A stretch of 63,982 nucleotides of DNA, filler included, from Aduncisulcus paluster (lineage: Eukaryota): assembly GCA_024181965.1 (NCBI GenBank). It is 8 parts of 8 records of this genome, joined end to end, with 100 filler letters (N's around TTAATTAATTAA, not from the genome) between each part and the next. Parts side by side here need not be neighbours in the genome. Positions count along the whole stretch, not along the records: positions 1 to 13,427 come from BQXS01011100.1; 7 more parts are not named here. One strand, 5' to 3'. Below are positions 1-11,800 of this stretch, one piece after another. The first letter of the stretch is position 1. Every line of letters starts with the position of its first letter. The position numbers and the translations under genes were made by a program. The notes under the pieces were generated by a model, which saw only the letters and a program-made list of their open reading frames with translations, did not search any database and was not told the DNA's origin.

Positions 1-925
1 CATCTACACTGAGTTTCTTGGATGAACTGGAAGTACCAGGAAGAAGATGAGGGAGAGAGGTGGGAATATCATCATCTCGGATGAATACAAGGGAATAGAT
101 GGCAAAACTTCGATGATATTTGTCTTCTATTCTCATTTCTTTCCCTTCAATCTCACACAATACAACATTAGGCAAATCAATAGAAATGAAGTGCCATTCA
201 AATGTATATTTAGGTCTAATGAATTCATACCTTTTGGATGTCTTCTTGCCATCACAATCAGTGAAAGTGAAGAGAAGAGAGGGTGAACCACAATGCAAAT
301 TCACACAGATATAAGCACCTTTCATAGGGTTAGACTGTGGAAAAGGAATTGAAAGATGAGAAAAGATAACACAATCTTCCCCCTTTAACATTAATTGTGC
401 ATCTAAACTCTTATCATACAATCGAGATTCCATATAATGCGAATCATCCTTGCATTTAACCATTGAAAATGAAGGATTAATAACCTTTGGATCATCACGT
501 GGAATAGGAATGGATTCTTTCCATGTTTCCCAATCTCCTTCCTTGATAAACTCTGATTTCACAACAGGAGCTTGAGACCAGCATCGGGCAAGAGTAATTT
601 CTCTGGCTTCACGAGCTATTGTTTCTTCACGAGTTTCTTCTCGAATAAACATGAGAGAGATTATACTAAAATGCTCTTTCTTTCTTCCTTTCCCAGTAAT
701 CTCACATAACATAACATCAGAAAGATCAACAGGGAGGAAATACCAACAATAACGAGATTCAGAATAACGAAATCCAGGAAAATCATATCGTTTTGATATT
801 TTCTCACCATTTGATGTTGTGAAAGTGAAGATAAGATTGGAAGGCCGCGAATCTAAATCAAGATTAATAGCCTCACCGAGCTGGATATAGGCACCTTTCA
901 CTGGGGGATATGAGGAGAACAACAG
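1..925 (-). CDS. Partial ORF with about 1.6 copies of a lineage-specific repeated domain (paralog of 1017..2135); lacks its N-terminal part and runs off the window edge
   Basis: Manual translation is open from 925 to 2: ...VKGAYIQL...LIFTFT...WYFLPVDLSDVMLCEITGKG...PIPRDDPKVINPSFSMVKCKDD...MKGAYICV...EWHFISIDLPNVVLCEIEGK. Clearly homologous to the neighbouring ORF. In-frame TGA at 928-926 lies immediately upstream. Confidence 0.7.
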   Translation of the reverse strand, partial: MLFSSYPPVKGAYIQLGEAINLDLDSRPSNLIFTFTTSNGEKISKRYDFPGFRYSESRYCWYFLPVDLSDVMLCEITGKGRKKEHFSIISLMFIREETREETIAREAREITLARCWSQAPVVKSEFIKEGDWETWKESIPIPRDDPKVINPSFSMVKCKDDSHYMESRLYDKSLDAQLMLKGEDCVIFSHLSIPFPQSNPMKGAYICVNLHCGSPSLLFTFTDCDGKKTSKRYEFIRPKYTFEWHFISIDLPNVVLCEIEGKEMRIEDKYHRSFAIYSLVFIRDDDIPTSLPHLLPGTSSSSKKLSVD

Positions 926-1016
926 TCAAAGCACTCTATCACATCATGTGATTCATGTCTCCTTCAAAACTCAAACATCTCCAATCAACATCAACAGACA
1001 TTTGCCAAACGACTGA

Positions 1017-2135
1017 TTATTTCCATGGAAGTAGAGATAATCGTTCAGCTGCAATGGTTTCCTCGGGAATAGTAAAAACTAGGGAGTTGATCCAGAAATA
1101 TCGACTATTCTTATTACACCACATTCCTTTCCCTTCAATCTCACACAACACAACATTATCCAAATCAATAGGAAGGAAGTGCCATTCAAATCCATGTTTA
1201 GGTCTTGTGAATTCATACTTCTTGGATGTCTTCTTACGATCATAATCAGTGAAAGTGAAGAGAAGAAAGGGTGAACTATGATTCTTATGAACACAAATAT
1301 ATGCACCTTTCATGGGATTAGGTGATGAGAAAGGGATAGAAAGATGGGATAAGGGGAGGGTACATTCCCCTTTTAACATTTGTTGTGCTCTTGAACTCTC
1401 ATCATACTCCTCAGATTCCTTACCATACACATCATTCTTGCACTTAACCATTGAGAATGAAGGATTTACAAGCTTTGGATCATCACGTGGAATGGGAATA
1501 GAATCTCTACCTTCAGATTTTTCATCTCCTTCCTTAACAAACTCTGATTTTACAACTGGAGTTTCAGACCATAGTTTCTCTCTGGCTCCATGAGCTTTGA
1601 TTTCTTCAGGAGTTTCTTTTCCAATGAAAAGAAGGGATTCGATTCCAAAATACTTTTCCTCTCTTCCTTTCCCTGTAATCTCACACAGAACAACATCAGG
1701 GAGATCAACAGGAAGGAAATACCAACGATATTCTTCAAATTCGGGAAATTCATATTTCATGGATGTTTTCTCACCCTTTAAAGATGTGAAAGTGAAGATA
1801 AGATGTGATGGAGGTGAAGTCCAAGAAAATCCACACAGCAGACAAATATAAGCCCCTTTCATTGGGGAAGATGAAAAGAAAGGAATGGAGATATGGGTAA
1901 AATGTCCAGCATGATACTCTCCTTTCATCATCTTTTGTGCGTCGGAACTTTGATCGTACTTTTTGTCGTACCCACCTTCTTCCTTAGTTCCATCTATTGC
2001 TTTGATAGTTGAAAACTCTGTACTCTTAATATTGGGGGAATCTCTAGGAATTGGACAGCAAACTTCATTGCAATCTTCTTCATGAACAAACTCAGGTTCC
2101 ACAGTTTGAATAACAGCATCTGTGGATGAACTCAT
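1017..2135 (-). CDS. 372-aa protein with two tandem copies of the uncharacterised repeated domain
   Basis: Intact ORF. The motif set PIPRD / QxMxKG / HxSIPF / MKGAYIC / FTFT / WxFLPxDL / VVLCEIxGKG / SLxF occurs twice. Confidence 0.85.
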   Translation of the reverse strand: MSSSTDAVIQTVEPEFVHEEDCNEVCCPIPRDSPNIKSTEFSTIKAIDGTKEEGGYDKKYDQSSDAQKMMKGEYHAGHFTHISIPFFSSSPMKGAYICLLCGFSWTSPPSHLIFTFTSLKGEKTSMKYEFPEFEEYRWYFLPVDLPDVVLCEITGKGREEKYFGIESLLFIGKETPEEIKAHGAREKLWSETPVVKSEFVKEGDEKSEGRDSIPIPRDDPKLVNPSFSMVKCKNDVYGKESEEYDESSRAQQMLKGECTLPLSHLSIPFSSPNPMKGAYICVHKNHSSPFLLFTFTDYDRKKTSKKYEFTRPKHGFEWHFLPIDLDNVVLCEIEGKGMWCNKNSRYFWINSLVFTIPEETIAAERLSLLPWK

Positions 2136-2999
2136 TTGAATAGAGATAGAATTTCTTATCTATAAAATAAAAATAAACAGAATAATTGCCGATTTCAAGT
2201 AGAACAATACAAGAAAAAGACAAAACGGCCAAGAATAATCGAACAGCAAAATAATGAGTGAATTTTGGTTACAATGGTTAAAATGTGTCTTTATATACAT
2301 TTTACAAAAGATGTAACATATGGTAAACATACAATTTGTTTTGATTGCCGAAAAAGATGATGTCCAAACTCACAACCCTCGATTGACACTCTTGGAAAGT
2401 AATATCGTACAACATATAAATAAAAGTATACAGATATTTTCTTTGCACCATATATTGCATGGTATCCTTGTGAGTCCACTCCTGCCACAAAATCGCTTCC
2501 TACTAGGAAGAGGTAGGCTACCTCTGAGTTTTGTTAACATATTGGATTATAAGGTGGGAAAATATGCCGATAAGTTGCAATTGAAATCTGTGAATATTAT
2601 GAATATATCATCGACTCATTGAATTTTGTCATATTGTTGGTCTAAGATCAAAAATCGTAACTTGCACTGTTTTTTGCAATATCCAGTATTTGATAAGCAT
2701 AAAAAATTTACTTTAAAGCTCCAATCTCGATAGATAAAAGAAGATGCTGTGGGCCCACATCCCTTTTTCTTCTTCCTCATCCTTTCTCCCCTCTTTGCTT
2801 TCAATGCGAGTCTCATTATCATGATGATAATTATCATCTATGGAATGTTCGAAAGGTGGGCAAGATAATGGTTCAATGCGAGTCTATTCTGTATTCATGA
2901 TCTTCCGTTGATCGTTTGAATATGAATGATTCTATCATCTCTAATGGAGCCAATAATACTTTAGTACAGTAAAGATATAGAAACTTTGGCCACACCGAA

Positions 3000-5900
3000 T
3001 TACCATGCTTCTGAAGATTCCTCTTCTTCCTCCTTTGTGTATCCATAAGCTGAGGAAATATCGAATGCTGCTTCAGCGACCTCCTCTGCTTCATCCTGAT
3101 CGATAGAGAAAGCTTCAATTCCAGTAACATATTCTCTTCCTTTTCCACGGCACCATTGCTGGATTCCTGTTCCAATGTCTTGGAAAGCCTCTCCAGTGTT
3201 TGGATCGATCGAAAGAGAAAGAAATGATGACACGGTGGCTGGATGGACACAATGGGAAGGAACAGGGGAAATGGTCGAGGTTTTGGACTGTTCTTGTCTT
3301 CTTGCTATGAGTTTTTCCTCGAGAGGACTCAAGGGTTTCTCAGGCTTATCTTTCTTCCTCTCTGCTTCATTTGTTCCTGTAGTAAGAAGAGAAGAAGAGG
3401 AAGAATCGGAAGATGGGGGGACAACTTGAGTGCCTCCGAACAAAAATGAATGATCAACCTTCCATCCAGAAAATGCTTCACTTCCCCATTTATCAACAGA
3501 ACTCGATTCGCCAGAATCAAATTCTTTCTCAGAGGAACCCAAAATAGAATCACCAAAAGTAGAGGAAAGAGTAGAAAAGAGAGAAGTGAATTTACGTTCC
3601 CCTCCTTGACGTCGAGATGCTTTTTCTTGGATTCTTCGCTCTTCCTCTTCCTCTTCCTCTTCTTCTTGTCTTTTTCTTTTTTCCTCGGCTTCTCTTTGTC
3701 TCTGTGCTTCTCTTTCCTGCTCAGCGACTTTATGCCGGAGGAAAGACCACTCTTTGGCCTCTCGTTCACAGCCACTAACTTTTGATCCATCTATAATCCG
3801 CCCACATATCCACATGTCATCCCCATAACCTCCTTTAGCCCCACAAAACCTTCCACCAATGATCAACCTTCCATCCAGAAAATGCTTCACTTCCCCATTT
3901 ATCAACAGAACTCGATTCGCCAGAATCAAATTCTTTCTCAGAGGAACCCAAAATAGAATCACCAAAAGTAGAGGAAAGAGTAGAAAAGAGAGAAGTGAAT
4001 TTACGTTCCCCTCCTTGACGTCGAGATGCTTTTTCTTGGATTCTTCGCTCTTCCTCTTCCTCTTCCTCTTCTTCTTGTCTTTTTCTTTTTTCCTCGGCTT
4101 CTCTTTGTCTCTGTGCTTCTCTTTCCTGCTCAGCGACTTTATGCCGGAGGAAAGACCACTCTTTGGCCTCTCGTTCACAGCCACTAACTTTTGATCCATC
4201 TATAATCCGCCCACATATCCACATGTCATCCCCATAACCTCCTTTAGCCCCACAAAACCTTCCACCAAGCCCTGTGTTATGATCTGTATCATCTTTATGC
4301 GAACTTGTACCAGCAGAGGAGGCTGCACTCGGACTTCGGTTTGATCTCCACTCACATACACACCTACGAGTCGTGAGTGGACGAGGACGGAATGCAGAAC
4401 TATATGAGAAAAGAGGAAGAGAGGAAGAGTGGAAGGCTCGGCTCAGAGCAGATTGGAATCCAGAATTAGTTTCAGTTAAACCAAAGAGATAATCGTTTGA
4501 AGACGTGTCTGAAGCACTTGAGGCAACGGACGATGCGTCACGACTTCTGATTCCCTGATATCTTGAACTTCTAAGCTTTGATGCTGCATGAGCCTTTTCT
4601 GAATTTAATGTATCCACCCTCATCACACTCAATCTTGAACTTTCTCTTGCTATTGACTCTCGATATTGGTATATTTGAGGATTGTCATATTTAAACTTTG
4701 AGTTGCACAGCTCTTCAATAGGTCTATCATAGAGAACATTCTGACACTGGTCGTACACGGATCTCTTGGATGCGATGTGTCTGTTCATCATAAATCCACT
4801 CATGTGAAGCGGAGTAAAAGCTTGTGTGGGCAATCTATTAAGGTTTTCACATAGAGCGGCGAATCTACGTCTTCCCTCAGACGTCTTCTCACCCTGCACA
4901 AGGACACTGGATAAGTCTTTTTCTCGAGTGTCAAGAAAGGAAGGGAAAGCTGAGGAAACATTTCCATATTTACATTGTGTCACATTTGTTAACTTATCAA
5001 CAACAGTATCCATATTACAGAAAGATGGTGTGTGACCGCCCTGAAGCCAAGGTTTTGCACGGTACAGCATTGAAATGGTATCAATACATTGGGCAAGCAG
5101 ACTACTCGTGTGAATGTCACTCGAGGTGTCAAAGATGAGTCCATGAGCAGAGTGAATTGAACCCGACAACGAATATGCAGGAGACTCTGAAATATCTGAC
5201 GACTCGAGCTCAGTACCTTGGCAATGGGACCTGAGAGCATCATGCATGGCTGACACAGATAAAGATCCATCCACCGAAGTGGACTTAATTCCCCTCCAAG
5301 CATCAGAAGGGTTGTGTTTCCTTGTAGAGAACTTATCAAGCCTGGACCACAATGGATTGGCCTTGTCCATGCTTGTTACAGCAGCACTCACAGCCGAGAG
5401 AGGCACCATGAGGGCGTGTGACATTCCTTGTAGTGATAAATGGGTGTACATGAATGATCTATTGACACGAGAAAAGGGAGAGAGCGAGAGAGAAGTAGAT
5501 AAGACTTCAGGAGACTTCTCCGTAGAATCGGTTTGTTTTGTGTCGATTGAACGCTTGAAGAACCCAAATATATCCTTGTCGACGTCACTACCATCAATAC
5601 TCAAATCCCTTGTCGTATCATATATCATAACACATTTCTTTCCATACAAATCCGACCATACATCCGTCAGAAAAGACTTTGCAAACCCACTCCAGCCGCT
5701 TCCACAGTCAACAAACATCTGCAATCCACCAACAGTGTCACTCCGTTCGGCCCAACGACGTACATTGTCCTCGACTCTCTCGCCAATCCCATCGTTCTTG
5801 AATGCATCTATTCCTTGTGATTCTGATACCAATGTGCGGTATTTTGACAAACCCAAAGAAGAACGTCTACTCTCTTCACCTGCGTGAACTCGCCAAGGGA

Positions 5901-6378
5901 GAACTGGATTTATCATTGATGAAAAAGAGGTTGATATTCCACTGGAAGTTGCACCAAGATCTTTCATTGAAAAAATATCAGAATAATTGGCCCGAGATGA
6001 ATCAAACTTAGGAAGAAAGTCTTCAGCAAATGAAGGCCGCATAGAAATATTAGAAGATAAATCTACAACAGTTGTACGAGGGATATACACATTTTGACCA
6101 TGGGAAGAACCTTGACATTCATAAATCATATCAGAAACATCAGAAAAATCCGAAGTAAAGGCTCCATCTTCAAAATATGCTCTCTAATAATAATAATATT
6201 GATTTTTCAGTTCGAATTATGATTTATATAGATATTTAATAATTCAAAAACCAAATAAAGAATGATTGAAAATAAACAACTACTTGCTTAATAAAATCAA
6301 ACATACTTGAATATTCCAAAATTGAGATGCTACAAAATTACCATAATCTCCAATTTGAACTGTTAGAATCTCTTTCAT
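3000..6378 (-). CDS. MSTO1: Misato/DML1 tubulin-like protein; exons 6378-6307 and 6183-3000, frame broken by a 409-nt tandem duplication
   Basis: Exon 1 gives MKEILTVQIGDYGNFVASQFWNIQ (Misato segment II). Intron 6306-6184 is GTATGT...TAG, phase 0, and joins in frame to the 764-aa ORF containing VRRWAERSDTVGGLQMFVDCGSGWSGFA. Removing one duplicate copy gives a continuous frame to the acidic C-terminus ending at 3000. Confidence 0.85.
3449..4268. repeat. Exact 409-nt tandem duplication (offset 409)
   Basis: 3449-3859 is repeated at 3858-4268; the identical ORFs 3450..3785 and 3859..4194 in the ORF track confirm this. Confidence 0.95.
6184..6306 (-). other. Spliceosomal intron, 123 nt
   Basis: GTATGT donor, AT-rich body, TTATTAG acceptor; splicing restores the Misato N-terminus in frame. 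Confidence 0.88.
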
Positions 6379-6569
6379 CGCAAACAAAACAGGATTTCAT
6401 TAAGTCAGCATCATTTAGCGGCATTAAATCAATTATAATGAATATAATAAATTTAAAAATGTTGTAAAATTAATTTTTGAAGAGTTAATAGTTGTATATA
6501 TCATTTATTCAAGATTTAGCGATTATTTCTGAATATGAGTGATTTGTTCCCCAAAATAATCCAAATAAG

Positions 6570-8406
6570 ATGGGGAAAAGAAGGCACAAAAAGAAGAAAA
6601 ATGAAATTGATCCGATAAGACAACTTTTAATTAAAAAACGAGCCACAAATCCTGCTGAGCTGCCAAAAGTAGAGAAAGAGCCTGCAATTGAATATACAAA
6701 AGAAGATATTCAAATTCTTAAGAGAATTGAAGAAGCTCAAAGCCTTCAACAACGATCCAAAGAGATGTCATCTGCTGATAGACAAGGATCTATAGAAAAG
6801 CCACATATATCGCATTCTCAAACATATAAACAACAAAAATATCACGGATTGAGCAATAAGCAACTCAAAGAGTTGCGATTATCTGCCCTTCCTAAATTGA
6901 AGCTTCTAGCCCCTCGTCATGAAGTTGTAGAAATTCATGATGTATCTGCTGCAGATCCAACTTTTCTTGTTAAAATGAAATCTATTCGAAATTCAGTCCC
7001 CGTCCCCGGGCATTGGTTGCAGAAACGAAGATATCTTCAGAATACCCGTGGAATTCAACGTATTCCATTTCAAATTCCACCATACATTGAAAGCACAGGA
7101 ATTAGCAAGGTACGTGGAAAAACAGATGTGAATGTCCGGCAATCTTTGAAAGAACAAGCCCGTGAACATGTCAATCCTCATACTGATCGTCTTTATGTTG
7201 ATTATTCCTTGCTCAAAGAAGCCTNNNNNNNNNNNNNNNNNNNNTAAGCAACTCAAAGAGTTGCGATTATCTGCCCTTCCTAAATTGAAGCTTCTAGCCC
7301 CTCGTCATGAAGTTGTAGAAATTCATGATGTATCTGCTGCAGATCCAACTTTTCTTGTTAAAATGAAATCTATTCGAAATTCAGTCCCCGTCCCCGGGCA
7401 TTGGTTGCAGAAACGAAGATATCTTCAGAATACCCGTGGAATTCAACGTATTCCATTTCAAATTCCACCATACATTGAAAGCACAGGAATTAGCAAGGTA
7501 CGTGGAAAAACAGATGTGAATGTCCGGCAATCTTTGAAAGAACAAGCCCGTGAACATGTCAATCCTCATACTGATCGTCTTTATGTTGATTATTCCTTGC
7601 TCAAAGAAGCCTTTACACATCACATGTCGCTCCCTCATCTATCAAGGCACGGAGATATGTTTTATTTGGGGAAGAAGGATGCCGATAACTACCTTATTGA
7701 TGAAGCTCGAGCCATGGGTCAATCCTCTTCCTCTTCCTCTTCTTTCACGGCGTCATCTGACACGGCGTCTTCCTTCAAAGAGGGATACGATGACGATCAA
7801 GGAGACCATCGTCGTGATGATACTTTGGCAATAACGCAGGTGGCGAGATGGAGGAAATCTCCAGACTTATTTGCACCCGGACGACTTTCTAATAGACTTC
7901 GTGAAGCTCTCGGAATGAGAAGGAAGGACAAACAACAACCAGCTGCATTAAAAATGTTATCCTACGATAAAGATCGTGGGATGAATAAGGGTACATCTCA
8001 CACAGATCCCTCAGTTGCCTCTGGTAGTTCTTCTTCACCATCGGCTGCATCAAGTAGAAAACATCACGAAGTTTCTCATTCTGTATCTATAAATAGTCTA
8101 CGCCCCTCTTTACCCCCCCAGCCACCTCCGTTTCTCTTTAACATGCAACGATATGGCCCCCCTCCCTCGTATTCGTATCTTTTAGTACCTGGTGTAAATT
8201 GTGCCATTCCAAAAGGTTGTGCATATGGATTTTATGACGGTGGTTGGGGAGAACATCCCAAGGATCCTACCACAGGCGAAAAAAAGGTGATGGAGAAAGA
8301 AAGAAAGGAAATTGTGGAAAAAGAAACCGAGTATTATCAAGGGGTTGAAGGGAAACGGTGGGGAGAAAGCGAAGATCTTGGAGATGATGAGTTAAGCGAA
8401 TTTTAA
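6570..8406 (+). CDS. SF3B2: Splicing factor 3B subunit 2 (SAP145/Cus1); about 482 aa after collapsing the gap-flanking duplication
   Basis: DUF382-type HDVSAADPTFLVKMKSIRNSVPVPGHWLQKRRYLQ and PSP-type PGRLSNRLREALG...PPPFLFNMQRYGPPPSY...GGWG motifs. 6857-7224 is duplicated at 7245-7612 around 20 N. Confidence 0.93.
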
Positions 8407-8808
8407 AGGCAGTTCCGTTATAGGCTACCCTATGCAATGAATATCTTTGACTTGATGATTCTTTTTTTATTTAATAATTTTATCAATGTATCATTCATGC
8501 GTGGTGTATTACTGCTTGATCCAATCAAGAAAAGTTTTCTTTCTTTTGAAAGGTGCCAATAGACACTCTCATTTCCTTCAACTTGGCAAGTTAGATATTA
8601 TCAAAATGACTCACCACTCAAAGTAGTACTTCAAATTAGAATACGATTTAGATCTTTCAAAAATATGAAAGGGGCCAAATTTACTAATTTAAATAAAATT
8701 ATTTTTTTTATATTTTCTTATATTCCAGCAATCTCGAATAGCTTCCACTCATTTGGATTTTCTCGTTGATTGTAATATTATCATACTTAGATTTATAAAG
8801 AATTGAAA

Positions 8809-11800
8809 ATGAGTGTTAATGTATGTTGTTTTATGGGAATTACCCGCGTCTTATTGATCCTAATTTATAATTTAATTTTTTTGAATTCATAATTATCACG
8901 ACACGACACAGATTGTATGTGCCATATTGAAGTGTTGATTTTTCATTAATTTGTGCTATTTTTTAATTGAAAAATATTTCTATGAATTTGCGGATTTGAT
9001 AGAAAGCGATAAAGCTGAATGAAGCGGATACATATTCAGACCCACCCACAAAACAAAATCCTGGCCGATTACTTTGTTTTGATCAGGATAAAGTAGAAGG
9101 AGTTGATACGGACCTGTGTGATGGAGAGGAATTCTCTAAACTACACTCCTTTGAACAAATCTCTATTGCTTTCACTTCAGAGGTCTCAATGCATGGAATT
9201 TATATTCTTGCAAATAATAATGATGGACCACCTTATTTAGATATCAAATTTACTCATTCTAACGGGAAACAACCCACAACTGCAACATACGAATTCGAAA
9301 GCACCGGTACACTCCAATCATCATATTATTCCGGCAGAAAAAATTATTATTCCCCCAGCTCCAATATTTGGCATTATCTCCCTGTTGATCTTTCTGTTGT
9401 CAAGTGTGAGATTACAGCAAGGGGAAAGTGGAGAGATCCGTCCCCAAAAACCAATATCGAGAAAATGTTTTTTGTTCGAGAAGAAACCCCCAAGGAACTT
9501 GAATTCCATGGGTTTATCCAAAAAAATCTCCTGAAATAGTATGTTACACATCTGAATGCATAAAAGAAGGGGATTTTCACGACCCCCCTATTTCTTTTAC
9601 AGATCCGACGATACTTCAAACAAAGCTTACAAGAATGAGTGGAACGAATGAAGATGAACGTGCTCATTCAAGATCCTCTGATGTGACATGTTCTTTGCAG
9701 AAAATGTTGAAAGGAGAGGGATCGTGTAAATTTACACATCTTTCTCTTCCATTTTCTCCCACTGTGGCCGAGATGAAAGGAGCTTATATTTGTATTGATA
9801 ATCTCACTTCACCTTCTATTATTTTCATTTTCACTCATTCTGATCGTTCGAAATCATACGTTAATTGTTTAATAGATTCTATTCTTGATGATACAAAAAT
9901 GTGAGACACTCTGAAATTTATCCTTTTTGAAGTTGTCCAATGTGAGATAATTGGAAATTTATGTAATGCCGATTCGGGAATTTTCCGTGGATATTCTTCA
10001 ATTAGTGGCCTATTTTTTGTGAGAGAGGAATCTTTCCGCGAAAAGGTGAATCGAGAAGCTATTTCATCGTATTCTTCAATCGTACGTTTTAATTAATATT
10101 ATGTTGTTATCTTTTTTTTTTTTTTTTTTTGAAATATTTCATTTTATATAGATTTATTTATATTATATTATATTATAATATTTTCGTTCTATTTTTGGCA
10201 TTTATCATAAGATCACAATTAAATCGTCTTCTGGAGTTGGAACCAAAAGATATCCACCAATTCCATACTCAGATCCAACTATTATTCCTCTTCCTATTGA
10301 TGAAATCAGTGGATGTGATGATCATTGGGGGAAACAATCTATGTATTATGACAAATCTGAAGATATTCAGGGGATTCTGAGAGGTGATCAAGATTGTAGT
10401 AGGTTTTCACATCTTTATTTTCCATTTTCCTCACCAATTTCTCACTTAAAAGGGATCCACATATGTTGTGATAAACACTTTGGTCCAATTTCTCTTCTAT
10501 TGTTATTTGATCATTCAGATAAATATAAAATTTCCTCAATGAAATTTTCGCTGCCTCAACCTAAAAATAGAAGTGAGTGGATTTTCCTTCCAATTGACCT
10601 AACCAATGTCGTTCATTGTGAGATCAGGCCAGAAGGAACTTGGGATGCCAGAACTTCCCGCCGTTCCTATATTGACGGTCTGATCTTTGTTCGAGCTGAA
10701 ACTCCAAAGGAACTTCAAGATCGAAAAGATAGAGAGAAATTTATTTCTTCCGCTGTATGTTTATCTATTCTATTGTTTTAATGTGTTTATATTTTTATCT
10801 CCTTTGTTTTTAATATTTCTATTTTTGTCTCATCGACGTTTTTTTCTATTTTCCCATCATTAGCCTTCCATTTCAAGCACGATCTTCAATCGCAAAGATC
10901 GTTTGCATCCACCCGTTGCACTCGATTCTCCACAGACTCTTCCCTTGAACATTGCTGAATCGAATGCCTATGACGACTCTTTCTGCAAGGAATCTGTTCA
11001 ATATGATAAGAGTTCAATCGTTCGAGGCATGCTTCGAGGAGAGTGTTGTGCATCCTTCTCTCATCTTTCGATCCCCTTCCAAGACAAGTGTTGTCCCAAA
11101 GGTGTGTACATCTGCTTCAAGCAGAACAAGAGGATCCCTGCATTCAGATTCGTGTTCACTCACTCTGATGGGAAACAGACATTCATGAAGTGTGCCGTTG
11201 AAGATCTTGAGTACAAATATGAATGGCACTTCTTCCCAATGGATCTGTCTGATGTCGTGTTGTGTGAGATTGAGAGAGAATGGATCCAGGATATCAATGT
11301 GTCTCTCCATTTCGAGGGAATACTCTTTGTCGAGGAGCCTCTTCCTTCACCTTCTCCAAGTCCACTTCTTGAGAGTGGAGAGGAATATCTAGAATCTATT
11401 CGTCCTTTGATCCTTGATTCATCTATTTCTTCCAGAGCATTCTCCTCGAAATCCAGATCTAAGAAATCTGGTGCCAATATGTCCTTACCTGCAGGTTCAA
11501 CAATTACTCCTCAATGTATTATTGGTGTTGGTGGATTCGGTGAAGTTATTCTTGTTCGAGTTGATTTTAAGGATTCAACACCACCACTGCAATGTGCCCT
11601 GAAATGCATCAAGAACCAACAAGTTAGCGATGACAACAAACGATTCATCGATATGTTTAAGAAAGAGTTCTCCCGTCAGTGTCGTCTGTACTTGTCTGGA
11701 TCTTTGAAGACTTGTGTGCCTCGTCCTTTGTATACCCTCGATCTTCTTGATGGTGACCTGAAGGGGACATTCGGGATTCTGATGGAGTTCTGTCGAGGTG

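Noticed and set aside
6857-7612. Apparent internal duplication in SF3B2 or two SF3B2 genes
   Set aside because: Identical 368-nt copies flank a 20-N gap: an unmerged contig overlap. Collapsing gives one in-frame gene.
9539-9602. Intron-like GTATGT...TTTCTTTTACAG (64 nt) that might bypass the stop at 9537-9539
   Set aside because: Splicing creates TA|A and leads to the wrong frame, and the segment itself encodes family-homologous residues (SECIKEGD...PPI).
9902-9904. UGA=Trp or another non-standard genetic code
   Set aside because: Other genes terminate with TGA, TAA and TAG, and the long ORFs are open under the standard code; this is a single isolated case.
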